DNA of 44,405 nt from positions 1 through 44,405 of IMG/VR virus record IMGVR_UViG_3300034069_000356; one strand, 5' to 3'. Of the stretch, positions 15,244-25,039 are shown piece after piece. A model generated the notes under the pieces. The model had not been told where the DNA came from and made no database searches. It was given only the letters and a program-made list of their open reading frames with translations. The DNA is from a virus. The position numbers and the translations under genes were made by a program. How positions within the stretch are numbered: position 1 is the stretch's first letter; each line of letters begins with the position of its first letter.

Positions 15244-15608
15244 TTGCTATTCCCAGCGTCCATAAATACCTTGGCAGCAGCCTGTAGGCGGGATTGCACA
15301 CCTGACCACATAGCAGATTTGCCAATCTCTGCCAATGAGGAGGCTATGGCGCCATAGCCAATGCCCCACCAGAAGGCTGGCCCCGGCCCTGAGTGCTGAT
15401 CTACGATAGTGACGAATGACCCAAGCATTCCGAGCATCGTAAACGAAATCTCGGACAGCACCCGGCTATGGGGCTTGATAAGCGGGACACGGACCAAGAG
15501 CGCGGCAGACAGGCCGATCATCACAGGAGCTGCTTCGAAGCCCAGCCCTCCCAAGCTAACGCAGCCGGCGCACAATGCCCCAATAGTGCGCCCCTGTGAC
15601 ACGTTCAC
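15240..15608 (-). CDS. putative holin (multi-TM)
   Basis: Three or four hydrophobic segments. Lies immediately upstream of the lysozyme and is translationally coupled to it (GTGA). Confidence 0.55.
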   Translation of the reverse strand: MNVSQGRTIGALCAGCVSLGGLGFEAAPVMIGLSAALLVRVPLIKPHSRVLSEISFTMLGMLGSFVTIVDQHSGPGPAFWWGIGYGAIASSLAEIGKSAMWSGVQSRLQAAAKVFMDAGNSK

Positions 15609-16177
15609 GTCACCGAATGGCCGAGCGCTCCCTTAGCGTAGCTCATCAGGAAAGCGATAAACAGGATACACACTAGAATGAAAAACGGACGCACAAAACG
15701 ATGCCACTGACTTAACGGATCTAGAGGCAGAATCCCTATCATGCGACTGGATTTCAAAGAGATAACAACATGCGGATAGACGATAACTAGCAAGCTGGTC
15801 CAGCCAATCACGGACGGAAGCGCCATGACATCCATGGTCCGCTTCACGGTCAGGATAGAGGCCATCGTGTCGCCTGTAACCTCCCCGTAGAGGGTCATAT
15901 AAACCACTTCAGGCAGGCAGCGAATAAGGGCGGTAAAGCCAACTGTCATCACCATCAGGCGAAACAAAAATACAGCCGAGGTGGGATGCTCGCGAAACCG
16001 ATCGCGCCAAATGTCACGCGCCATCCAACCGGCAACGCTAGCACCAAACATCGAAATGGCGAGCAGTGACGCTAAAGCCAAGCCATAGCGCCACGGATCA
16101 TTATTAAAGCTCGCCGGGTAGGGTGAAAGGGTCGTGCTAAAACTGGCGACATGCGCGCTGATCTGACTACGGATCAT
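15605..16177 (-). CDS. polytopic inner-membrane protein of unknown function
   Basis: About five TM segments. ATGA overlap. AT-richer than the structural genes. Confidence 0.7.
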   Translation of the reverse strand: MIRSQISAHVASFSTTLSPYPASFNNDPWRYGLALASLLAISMFGASVAGWMARDIWRDRFREHPTSAVFLFRLMVMTVGFTALIRCLPEVVYMTLYGEVTGDTMASILTVKRTMDVMALPSVIGWTSLLVIVYPHVVISLKSSRMIGILPLDPLSQWHRFVRPFFILVCILFIAFLMSYAKGALGHSVT

Positions 16178-16719
16178 TCTCCTGCTCCTCGGAACAGCCC
16201 AGCGCCTGCCATACGTGGATAAACAGAACGATTGCTACCACCAAAAGAATGTAAAGAACGGTTTCCCAATCTCCAACGCTTTCCACGCGACCAACCTCCC
16301 CGTCTCGTCGCGTAGATAGCCTGTCCCCATGCTACAGCGAACAACGTCCAATAGCACGCACGATGGGCCATGATATCATAGCCATAGTGCATATCACGCC
16401 ACCCGTAGGCGCAGTTAATTATCACATCCAAAATGAATGAAAGCGCAATGTAGAGATGCGGACGGCGGGGCAGGCAAATCAGCGAAAGCGCGATGAAAAA
16501 GGAAGCTGATAGAGCATCTATCGTGCCGTCAGATACCCATTGAGGCATGTCCCATTCGGGAATCGATGCAATGAAAACCAAGGAAGCTCTGCCAGCGAGC
16601 CAGACGAGGATAAGCGGCGCTACAAAAACAATTTCAGGTTTACGGTAAGATTTGATGAAGGCCCATGCCAGATAGACCGGAAGGACCATCCACGCATACA
16701 GCCTGAGATATTCATACAT
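16174..16719 (-). CDS. polytopic inner-membrane protein of unknown function
   Basis: About five TM segments (MVLPVYLAWAFI, FVAPLILVWLAG, ...) and an Arg/Gly-rich tail. Confidence 0.7.
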   Translation of the reverse strand: MYEYLRLYAWMVLPVYLAWAFIKSYRKPEIVFVAPLILVWLAGRASLVFIASIPEWDMPQWVSDGTIDALSASFFIALSLICLPRRPHLYIALSFILDVIINCAYGWRDMHYGYDIMAHRACYWTLFAVAWGQAIYATRRGGWSRGKRWRLGNRSLHSFGGSNRSVYPRMAGAGLFRGAGE

Positions 16720-16726
16720 CGCCTAT

Positions 16727-16834
16727 CTACCTCGCTGCTGGCCCAGGTCCATCGCTTCCGACAGATGCTGGCACGGACGTAGGTTCCTGTGGGGTGGCCC
16801 ACAGTAGCATGAGGAGATAGGCGATGATATCCAT
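16727..16834 (-). CDS. micro-ORF (35 aa) with a hydrophobic N-terminus
   Basis: Translation: MDIIAYLLMLLWATPQEPTSVPASVGSDGPGPAAR. TAATG overlap with the upstream micro-ORF. Confidence 0.4.
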   Translation of the reverse strand: MDIIAYLLMLLWATPQEPTSVPASVGSDGPGPAAR

Positions 16835-16968
16835 TACGGCTTGGGCTTCGGTCCTGGGCCGGTAGACCCTACGTCATTGGTATGGGCGCCACCGTTCGCG
16901 AGAAGCAGCGCAAGAAGCTCTGCCTTCTGCTCATCGGTGAGGCTGTCGTAGATTTCCTGTGCGGTCAT
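16834..16968 (-). CDS. micro-ORF (44 aa)
   Basis: Translation: MTAQEIYDSLTDEQKAELLALLLANGGAHTNDVGSTGPGPKPKP. AAAGGA lies 6 nt upstream. Confidence 0.4.
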   Translation of the reverse strand: MTAQEIYDSLTDEQKAELLALLLANGGAHTNDVGSTGPGPKPKP

Positions 16969-16991
16969 ATGGTGTCCTTTCTTATGGATCA

Positions 16992-18992
16992 TCAGAAGTT
17001 GTTCCCCACAGCCTTGTTCGTGCCTGTGCCGCCATCAGAGACCTGAGCAGAGGTAAACCGATTGTAGGAAACGGAGTACCTATCCGACGCTCCGGCTTGG
17101 ATCTCAACCGCAAACTTCTGCGTGCCCGCCCCAACATTGGAATCATCACCGATGCAGTGCGACACCGTGAACTTTGAGCATCCGGCCTTAAACAGCAGGC
17201 CGCTGTAGGTTCCGGCAGAGGCCGTTCCATTGCCACGGATCGACATACCGGTAACAGCAATGTTTGTAGCGGTGTTTTCAAACACCAGGCCATGCCCGCC
17301 AGCATCATATGCCTGCCCGCCAGAGAACTTGAATCCGTCCACGGCATGGAAATATCCAGCCATGCCACCAGGACCGGAAAACCAGCAATTGTTGAAATCA
17401 AATTCAACTGAGTTCTGGCAATCGATCCCACCGATGGAGCTATCAAAATAGACCGACGAAAATTTGTTATATTCCGGCCGCGATCCATTCACGTTGCTTG
17501 TTGCGGTCGTAATCATGGAAAACTGGCCGCCGATCACGTCCCCATCTGTGAAGATGAAAGCCTCTGTGTGTTCCGTGAGACGGATGCCACCGAGAGAGTT
17601 GGGTACGAAAGCGGCTGCGACTGTCGCTGTCGCCCCGCTGGTAGAGCCAGTCAGAGTAGCGCCAACCGTGAAGGCCGTTGACCCGTTGACACGATAGATG
17701 CTGCCATTGATCTGCGCGATAGTTGCAGGAGCGGGGCCAGTCGTGAAATGCTCGCCTACAACGAATGTCCCGGATATGGGGGTTAACGTCAGATACGTGT
17801 AACCAGTGGTGATAAGAAACTGATTTACGTAAACGTCACCCGAGCCGGTGCCCATGAGACCAGAGGCAAAACACTCATACAGGAACACGTTGGACACGTT
17901 GCACGATGCTGATCCGTTGCGGAAAACGATCCCATTCCATGCGATTCCACAGAATATGTCACGGATGGCGCATAGGAACCCACCGCTGACATCGATGAAT
18001 GTCCCCGTGGTCGGGAGAATCGTTGCGCTGCTATACCCGCAGCCTATGCCTTCAATGGTGGCATTCTTGACAGTGCTGATCTGAAAACCGTTGGTAGAGG
18101 TTGTGGACCACAGCATCATGGTCTTAGCCAGACCTGCGCCAATCGTCCTTTGCCCCTTGGTAACGGTGATGAACTGCCCATCATGGAACATGAAACCACC
18201 GGGCCAGCGGACGGTAGAGCCGCCACCAGCCAGAAGGACGCAAGCATCATAGGCTTTCTGAGCCAGCGCACGACCATCCGTGCGAGCTGAGTTATTCCAA
18301 GCGTCTCCGTTGAACCAAAGAACGCTGACATCAATCAGCCCGGCAACCGCGCCAGTCCCCGTAATGTTGAAAATCTGCATTTCAGGCGCATCGATGCCGC
18401 CGCTGAATGTCACGGTTACGCCGGTTGGGATTACGAACCGTGCGCCGGGTTGAAAAAACACCTTATGCGCAATCGTCAGGTTTGACGCTATCAGGTACAA
18501 GCCAGGGGGCACAATAAATGGCACGCTATCGGCGGATACAATAGCGGCCTTGGCATCTGTTACCCCGGTGCGGGGGGCCGCAAGCGTTACCGAGGCTGTT
18601 GGCGACAGAGACATAAGAGGCGTTACAACAGACGCATCAGCCTTAAGCGCCAACGCAGAGGTAACCGACCTTTGCGACGGTGCGACAGTGGTTGAACTGC
18701 CTAGCGCATCGGCAACCGTCCCGGCCGGAAGCTGCGCCACCGACCCAACAAACACATTCAGCTTTTCACCGATAACCCGCCCACCATAGCGATAGGTTAT
18801 GTCGTATGAGCCGCTATCGGTGTTGAAATAATATGTCCCGTCTGAGTTGGTCAGAAACGGGTTGCTCAGGGTAGACGTGTCATCAGCCGTAAGGACTGCT
18901 AGAGTCCCTGTGCCAGACGCTACTACCGAAACCCAAGCGCCTCCGATCGCCGCATTAAACTGGTCAAGCAATGTATCGGAATAGCGCGCCAT
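16992..18992 (-). CDS. tailspike / polysaccharide depolymerase (right-handed beta-helix type)
   Basis: 666 aa. Gly/Thr/Asn-rich repetitive beta-strand pattern typical of pectate-lyase-fold tailspikes. Follows the head-binding-domain protein. Confidence 0.7.
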   Translation of the reverse strand: MARYSDTLLDQFNAAIGGAWVSVVASGTGTLAVLTADDTSTLSNPFLTNSDGTYYFNTDSGSYDITYRYGGRVIGEKLNVFVGSVAQLPAGTVADALGSSTTVAPSQRSVTSALALKADASVVTPLMSLSPTASVTLAAPRTGVTDAKAAIVSADSVPFIVPPGLYLIASNLTIAHKVFFQPGARFVIPTGVTVTFSGGIDAPEMQIFNITGTGAVAGLIDVSVLWFNGDAWNNSARTDGRALAQKAYDACVLLAGGGSTVRWPGGFMFHDGQFITVTKGQRTIGAGLAKTMMLWSTTSTNGFQISTVKNATIEGIGCGYSSATILPTTGTFIDVSGGFLCAIRDIFCGIAWNGIVFRNGSASCNVSNVFLYECFASGLMGTGSGDVYVNQFLITTGYTYLTLTPISGTFVVGEHFTTGPAPATIAQINGSIYRVNGSTAFTVGATLTGSTSGATATVAAAFVPNSLGGIRLTEHTEAFIFTDGDVIGGQFSMITTATSNVNGSRPEYNKFSSVYFDSSIGGIDCQNSVEFDFNNCWFSGPGGMAGYFHAVDGFKFSGGQAYDAGGHGLVFENTATNIAVTGMSIRGNGTASAGTYSGLLFKAGCSKFTVSHCIGDDSNVGAGTQKFAVEIQAGASDRYSVSYNRFTSAQVSDGGTGTNKAVGNNF

Positions 18993-19081
18993 AACCGCCT
19001 AACAAATCAATGCCCCCCGGCGCGGAGGCGTTAGCGGCCGAGACCAATCTATATCAGGCTACACCATAAGGGGCAAGCCCA

Positions 19082-19783
19082 TCAGGGGGTATGGGAGCCT
19101 GTGGCGTCGATGTGGAAACGAAGCACGCCGCCCACGACAAACTCTATCGTCTGTGTAACTGAATTAAGCCGGATATAGAACTGATCCGAGGCGTTCAGCA
19201 GCATGTTTCCGTTGGTATCCAACGTCAGATATGCGGAGCCGGCCGTCCCAAGATTTAGGGCACCATTTGCGATGGCTACCGACCCACTCGATATCCCAAT
19301 CCCTCCCGTCGTGATATTGAGCGCGCCGCCCAATGTCCCACCGGAAGATGGAAGATAGGGCAGAGGCCCAACCGCACTAACAAGCCCGGTTTGGTCAGAT
19401 AGGGTCAAAAGATCCCGGCCAAACGGGGTTGTGGGGTCTCCCGCAGCAATAGCGGTGAGATCGTCGTCCAATGGCTGGTAGGCGATGCCATCGTAAAAAT
19501 ACCGTGGCGCGTAATCCACCAGCGACCCGTCGTTATCACGGATGCGCATGGAATAATCATCTTCGGCGATAAAGATCGCAGCGGGGGAAGCACCGTTAAC
19601 AATTCTGCCGCCGACAGTCCGGATAGGCTGAGCCGCAACGATCGTCAGCGCGGAATCCCAATACACCGTAATCGGGTTAACCTCGGGATCACCGTTTGCG
19701 ACACCGATAAAGATCTGTCCGCCATCGAGCAGCGCACCGCGAGCATCAATAAAAATCGGGATGGGGTTGGTTACCTTTTGCAT
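19082..19783 (-). CDS. tail fibre/spike protein with a P22 gp9-type N-terminal head-binding domain
   Basis: NPIPIFIDARGALLDGGQIFIGVANGDPEVNPITVYWDS...YSMRIRDNDGSLVDY parallels P22 gp9 ([42 protein letters not shown]...HSMAIYDANGSQVDY). Confidence 0.75.
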   Translation of the reverse strand: MQKVTNPIPIFIDARGALLDGGQIFIGVANGDPEVNPITVYWDSALTIVAAQPIRTVGGRIVNGASPAAIFIAEDDYSMRIRDNDGSLVDYAPRYFYDGIAYQPLDDDLTAIAAGDPTTPFGRDLLTLSDQTGLVSAVGPLPYLPSSGGTLGGALNITTGGIGISSGSVAIANGALNLGTAGSAYLTLDTNGNMLLNASDQFYIRLNSVTQTIEFVVGGVLRFHIDATGSHTP

Positions 19784-19819
19784 TACATTGCCCCCATGCT
19801 GTTCCGGTTATCCATCTTC

Positions 19820-22150
19820 CTAACGCTCCAAATTATTCCGCTGGACCCCGTTGCCTTTGCTGTCGCCTTCATTCGCTGCCGCTCTTGCGGGTGACTGCGA
19901 TAGGGCGTCAGTAAGACGCTGCTGTAGGTTCAGCACGTCGTTTGCAATAGCTGGCTCAGCGCGGGCGATGCGTCCTAGGCGGTCAACATAGGATGCAGGG
20001 CTAAGCGAGGTTTGGTTAGAACGCGCAAGCCAGCGGGCGAACCGTGGAGACGCCAGAAGCCTACCGCCAATAAGCTGAGCAGCCGCGCTACCGATCGCCG
20101 CATGAGGCGCGACCGAGCCGAGCCCGAGAATAGCGCCGACGTTACCAAGGATGCCGCCAGCCGTGTTAGAACGGTTCGCATAACCCTGTGCCTGCCGTGT
20201 GCCATTAGCCACCTTTGCCAGATCGTTTAGCGCTGCCCTGCCCTCAGGGCCGAACAAATGCGTCTTTGCCGTCTCTCCGATATCATTCCAGTTGCTTAGG
20301 AATGTCTGCAGAGAGAATGCATTTCCGGTGTCGTTCTGAGCGCCCTTGGTAGCATTACCCAAACGGCTAATCAGCGAAGCACGAACGTCCCCAGCCTCTT
20401 GCGGAGGAAGCGACTTCACGAAACCAACGAAGCGAGCGTTATTCCCGCGCATCGCAGATTGCAAACGCTGCACTACCTGTTCGCCGCTAGCGTCCGCGTT
20501 CTTGCCGATGATGGGGGCAATGGTGTTGTCGATCGTGTCCAGACGGCTGCGCCAGTACCGATCAGCCGTCGCATATGCCCTAGCAGCTTCCGGCCGGCCC
20601 GCATCTTTTAGTCCAGACACCACGTCATCGTTGGCAGCATCCACTACCTGATTGACCCGGCGTTCTACATCAGACCCACGCAAGCCGTTGCTGGTGAACT
20701 CGTCACGGAGCGAGGTACGAAGGTTGCGGATGCCTTGAACGGTAAAATCACCCTTAGACAAGCTATCCCGCAAGCCTTGCAGCGTATTCAGCGCAACGGA
20801 GCCGCCAGGGGTTTCCGAGAGGTTCTGAATATGGCCGTCCAGATTAGCCAGTGCATTGGTAGGCGTGATCCTGACACCGTTGGATGCCGCTTCTGCCTGC
20901 CGATAGAGGTCATTCCCCCTAGCCGACGTGCGAGCGATGAAGGACCGCGCACCGCTAATAGCCTGCCCGCCAGCCGCCTCCGGGTTCAGGGCATTTCCGA
21001 CCGACGAAGCCACACGATCACGGACACCCTGTGCCTGCTCTACAGTTTTACCAGCCGCATTGATGACAGGAGCAGCCGACAAGGGGGCCTGTGCCGCTGC
21101 GCTGGTTAGTCGTCGTGTCGTAGGTCCGCCGACATCAGCCGGCAAAAGGTCTATACCCTGACGCCCCGCTGCCGCCGCAACCGCTTGACCATCCGATAGA
21201 GGAAGCGCGCGAGCAGCAACCCTAGAGGCGTCCAGCTTCGGCGCGAGATATTCCCCGGCCTTTCCGAATGCCACGCCGCCAAGCGCACCTTCCGCAGCGC
21301 CAATTCCCGCGCCAGCGAGTCGTTCGCCGGCAGTCCCATAATTACTGTTGAAGCCATACGCCCCACCATATCCTGCCCCTACCGCTGCCGCGCGCTTGGT
21401 TGCCGCCTGGGCTGCGATAGCCCTAGCCTCAGCCATCGTGGCGCCTTCAACCAACGCAGCCTTGCCAGCTTTGAAAGCGACACCCTCCATGCCAGCCGGG
21501 AGAGCGATGCCGCCTAGCAGTTGTCCAGTGAGCCGAGCCGCATGATGGTGCTCCTCATCCGAGGCCACGCGCTCCCGCTGCAACTCAAGGTTATCGTCGT
21601 AGCCAGACAGCCCGCTATCTGTGCCCGTCAATCCGCCCGTTGCATGATTCAACGCAGCCCAACCCGCAGCAATACGGGGAGCAAGGCCTAGCGTAAGGCT
21701 ATCGGCAGCGCCGCGAGCGGCAGCGTGCAGCGCGTCATCATCTACGTCCCGAGGGGCAGGCGCATCTACAGCGGGAGCGGCGGGATCAGTTTGGGGCTGC
21801 GTGGGAGTACCCTGGAAAGCAACGCTGATCTGCTTCCCCGGATTCTGCGCGGCGTAGGTAATCGCCTCATCAAGCCCGGTGAGCTTGGACGGATCTACGC
21901 CATTCGATCGGGCAAACTCCTCGATCTGAGGGCGGGTTGCGCCACTCTGGATCAGGCTTTGCAGCTTGGGGAGGTAGTCGGGCGCGGCCGGGGGTGTTGG
22001 TGCCGCATCTACAGGAGCAGCCGTATCATCAACCGGAGAAGCTTGAGACTGTTTCAGATAGCCCGCCAGCCGAGCAACGGACGCACTATCCCCTGCCGCA
22101 TCGGCTTGGCGGATGGCATCGTAAATCGCAGCGTTGGGATCAGTGGCCAT
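19820..22150 (-). CDS. large internal virion / DNA-ejection protein
   Basis: 776 aa, Ala/Gly-rich. Last of three genes at the P22 gp7/gp20/gp16 position. Confidence 0.6.
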   Translation of the reverse strand: MATDPNAAIYDAIRQADAAGDSASVARLAGYLKQSQASPVDDTAAPVDAAPTPPAAPDYLPKLQSLIQSGATRPQIEEFARSNGVDPSKLTGLDEAITYAAQNPGKQISVAFQGTPTQPQTDPAAPAVDAPAPRDVDDDALHAAARGAADSLTLGLAPRIAAGWAALNHATGGLTGTDSGLSGYDDNLELQRERVASDEEHHHAARLTGQLLGGIALPAGMEGVAFKAGKAALVEGATMAEARAIAAQAATKRAAAVGAGYGGAYGFNSNYGTAGERLAGAGIGAAEGALGGVAFGKAGEYLAPKLDASRVAARALPLSDGQAVAAAAGRQGIDLLPADVGGPTTRRLTSAAAQAPLSAAPVINAAGKTVEQAQGVRDRVASSVGNALNPEAAGGQAISGARSFIARTSARGNDLYRQAEAASNGVRITPTNALANLDGHIQNLSETPGGSVALNTLQGLRDSLSKGDFTVQGIRNLRTSLRDEFTSNGLRGSDVERRVNQVVDAANDDVVSGLKDAGRPEAARAYATADRYWRSRLDTIDNTIAPIIGKNADASGEQVVQRLQSAMRGNNARFVGFVKSLPPQEAGDVRASLISRLGNATKGAQNDTGNAFSLQTFLSNWNDIGETAKTHLFGPEGRAALNDLAKVANGTRQAQGYANRSNTAGGILGNVGAILGLGSVAPHAAIGSAAAQLIGGRLLASPRFARWLARSNQTSLSPASYVDRLGRIARAEPAIANDVLNLQQRLTDALSQSPARAAANEGDSKGNGVQRNNLER

Positions 22151-23882
22151 ATTTTTTCAAGATCGCTGCAATATCAGAAGGGACGGCGGGGGCTGCGCCA
22201 CCACTACCAGCAACAGCTTGACGAAGCGAGGCCCTGACATCGTGAGGCGCCTTCAGTGCCGCATCAACCTCGTTCTGCATCTGGTTTACGACTGCCTCGT
22301 ATGAGGGCTTGTCGAACGCCGTATTGAGCAGATCAAAGCCATGCTGCTTATCGGCAACCGTGGGCTGGCCGCTAGGGCTGATAGCACGGGCGTAGGTGTT
22401 CACCAGCGCATTGTTGGCTGCGTTGAAAGCCCGGTATTTAGGGTCATTCGTGCCGTTGCGGATAGCCTGCTGCACCTTGGCAAGCGGAAGCCACCCGGCA
22501 CGGTCTAGGATGTTGGATGTCTTTAGCGCGATCGGAGCAAGGCGCTTGAACTCGTTAGCCGACAAATCGACCTGAGCCATGCGGTTGCCGGCCGTGCGTT
22601 CAGCTGCGACGTTGCCTTGGTATTCCGCCATCGTTGCAGCGAGGTCGCCACCCTTGAGGCCTTGAGACTTCGCCTGATTAGCCACTTCCTCACGCAGGGC
22701 GATGATGTTTGCCGAACCCTGCTTACCTCGCCCAAGGTTCTGGAAAACCGTCTTGTCGCCGGCAAGATACTGCTGAGCCATCAGCTGCAAGGTCGGCTTG
22801 GTCAGCAAGCCATTGTCAGCAGTAGGGCCAGCCTGTGCCCCCGTAGCACTAGCCACATAGCCTTGCGTTTCAGCCGGGAGATGAGCGAGCCAATCCGAAC
22901 CGAACTTGGCCTGTGCGGCCTTAACCCGAGCAGGGCCGGCGTTGTACGCAGCAGCCGCTAGAGCCGGGTCATTGTTGAAGTCGGACAGCTGCTTTTGAAA
23001 ATAAGCATGGCCCGCCGCAAGGTTGGCGTTCGGGTCAGTCGCTACCGTCTTGGGATCTAGGCCGGCAAGCTGAGCCGCTTCCGGGAGAGTGCCAGGCATG
23101 AGCTGAGCAGGACCGAATGCGCCTTTGGGGGAAGTGCGGAACGTGCCGTCAGGGTTAGTGCCGCCTTCTTTGGCGACCATCCTACTCCACACCGTCCCGA
23201 CATCGCCAATGGTTGCCGGGACGCCGCTAGATGCTGGACCACCTCCCTTCGATTCGCCAGTGCGCTTGTTATAGATCACGCCCTGCGGAGTATTGGTGAA
23301 CTCGTCTGCGTCAGCCTTCGTGCCAATCCCGAGAACCTTTGCAAACTCGGGAGAAGCCGCTGCTAGGTGGACCTGTGTGAAACCTTGGAGGCGGGTAAGA
23401 GCATCTGGATCTCCCCTCTTTACCGCGTCACGAAGGTCCGTGGCGTCGGTGTCCGTGATACCCTTAGACTGCTCTGCGGAAATGATATTGTCAAGCTGTT
23501 GCCCAGCCAGATCCGCACGCCCGTTCTTCGCAGCCGTGTAAAGCTGACCATACTGCGTCAGACGCGATTCCTTGGCCGGCGCATCCATGATGTCATAGGA
23601 CGATTTCAACGCATTCGCCTGCTCAGGATATTTCGCCACCAGCGAGGCAAGATTTTCCGGCTTCGGGTCTTTGAAATAGGCGTTAACGTCGCTTTGATAC
23701 GCCTGCGCCTGAGCCTGTTGAGCCTGAGCCTGCTGCAATTTGGCGGCGCCAAACTGTAGCTGCTGCTGGTTGGCGGCATCCTGGGTCTGGCGGTCCTGAT
23801 ATTGCTGCATTCCTGCCTGCAAGCCGTTGCTGGCCTGCGGGGACAGTAGCTGCGAAATCAGGCCTGCGGGATCAGTCGCCAC
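22140..23882 (-). CDS. internal virion / ejection protein with a lytic transglycosylase (SLT) domain
   Basis: MVAKEGGTNPDG...SPKGAFGPAQLMPGT...NLAAGHAYF....AAAAYNAGP is an SLT signature with a catalytic Glu. GTG start. Confidence 0.8.
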   Translation of the reverse strand: MATDPAGLISQLLSPQASNGLQAGMQQYQDRQTQDAANQQQLQFGAAKLQQAQAQQAQAQAYQSDVNAYFKDPKPENLASLVAKYPEQANALKSSYDIMDAPAKESRLTQYGQLYTAAKNGRADLAGQQLDNIISAEQSKGITDTDATDLRDAVKRGDPDALTRLQGFTQVHLAAASPEFAKVLGIGTKADADEFTNTPQGVIYNKRTGESKGGGPASSGVPATIGDVGTVWSRMVAKEGGTNPDGTFRTSPKGAFGPAQLMPGTLPEAAQLAGLDPKTVATDPNANLAAGHAYFQKQLSDFNNDPALAAAAYNAGPARVKAAQAKFGSDWLAHLPAETQGYVASATGAQAGPTADNGLLTKPTLQLMAQQYLAGDKTVFQNLGRGKQGSANIIALREEVANQAKSQGLKGGDLAATMAEYQGNVAAERTAGNRMAQVDLSANEFKRLAPIALKTSNILDRAGWLPLAKVQQAIRNGTNDPKYRAFNAANNALVNTYARAISPSGQPTVADKQHGFDLLNTAFDKPSYEAVVNQMQNEVDAALKAPHDVRASLRQAVAGSGGAAPAVPSDIAAILKKYGH

Positions 23883-23885
23883 GAA

Positions 23886-24581
23886 TTACCACCCATACGC
23901 CGCAGAGGGAAATGCACCAGAACCGTTCCATGCCGTCGTGCCGCCATTAAGCACTCCCGATGACCCTATCCCACTAAGGATATTTTGGAATGCCGCATAA
24001 GGCGAAGCGGCAGCCGTGGCATTAGCATTGCCCAGGGCCGATGTCGTGTTTGCCGACGAATTGACATAATTTGCGCTAGCACCACTCAGAGCCCCAAGAG
24101 CGCTTTGACCAGTACCCACAACGGAACCAAGATTGCCTAACTGCTGCTGATAAAGCGAATTGAGCAGGTTCGAACCAAAATTGCTTTCCGATAGCGCCCC
24201 ATTGCCGCCGCGCAAGCCACCCGTAGCCGCAAGCGACTGGTTGAGCGCATCCAGACCGGAATTATACTCGCTAGTGTAAAGCGGACTAGACTGAAGCTGA
24301 GAGATAGCGCCCTGCTGCTGTTGCTCAGCGGTGTACGGGCTTGCCGAGGTGCCGGTGTTACTGTCCCCCAAGCCGAGCATGCGTAGAATCTGCTGGTTTG
24401 CCGCGTTGCCTGCGTTGATGTTCGGGGTTGCGTCGCTCGACAGCGTGTTGAACTGCTGCTGCTCTAGCGCAAGCTGTTGCTGTTGAGCCTTAGCCTCCGC
24501 GCTAGCAGCTGACGAAGTACCCTTGCCGCCAGCGATACCACCGAGCAGAGACCCGCCCGCAGAGATGAGTGCCGACGCCAT
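23886..24581 (-). CDS. internal virion / ejection protein (gp7 position)
   Basis: 231 aa, Gly/Ser/Gln/Asn-rich. Its position matches P22 gp7 (229 aa). Confidence 0.55.
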   Translation of the reverse strand: MASALISAGGSLLGGIAGGKGTSSAASAEAKAQQQQLALEQQQFNTLSSDATPNINAGNAANQQILRMLGLGDSNTGTSASPYTAEQQQQGAISQLQSSPLYTSEYNSGLDALNQSLAATGGLRGGNGALSESNFGSNLLNSLYQQQLGNLGSVVGTGQSALGALSGASANYVNSSANTTSALGNANATAAASPYAAFQNILSGIGSSGVLNGGTTAWNGSGAFPSAAYGW

Positions 24582-25015
24582 CAGTTATAGTCCTCTTTGC
24601 GAATCTCATAGATCACATCGGTTTCGTCCGTCGTCTCGCAACGCTTCGCCCCGATCGCGCTGTTGAAAATGATCGCCTTGAGGTTAGAGCGCGGAGTCGA
24701 GCCCCATACTGTCCTAGCCCCATGATCGAACATGAATTGCACCATCGCCCGCCCCGTCTCGATGGCCTTGCGACCACGGCAGCGGGGGCCGAACAGCGTG
24801 TGAGACTGATAGATCCCCGGCAGATTCATCTCAAACAGCGCAAGAGCATCGTCACCATCAGTCAATGCCACAATCCCCGTCTGTGTGGACGGAGGGGCAA
24901 CTGCCGGCGTCAGGTCAACCGGCAAACCCTGCGTGTGGAAAAACTCCCGAACGCCGTCCTGATTGGCTATCCGGTTAGCTAATTCCGCGTCGTGGGTATG
25001 ATGCACCGAAACCAT
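24581..25015 (-). CDS. hypothetical protein at the gp14 position (possible GNAT-like fold)
   Basis: RCRGRKAIETGRAMVQFMF resembles GNAT motif A (R/Q-x-x-G-x-G/A). First gene after the non-coding island. Confidence 0.6.
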   Translation of the reverse strand: MVSVHHTHDAELANRIANQDGVREFFHTQGLPVDLTPAVAPPSTQTGIVALTDGDDALALFEMNLPGIYQSHTLFGPRCRGRKAIETGRAMVQFMFDHGARTVWGSTPRSNLKAIIFNSAIGAKRCETTDETDVIYEIRKEDYN

Positions 25016-25039
25016 GCGCCGCCATATGATCGATGCTCC

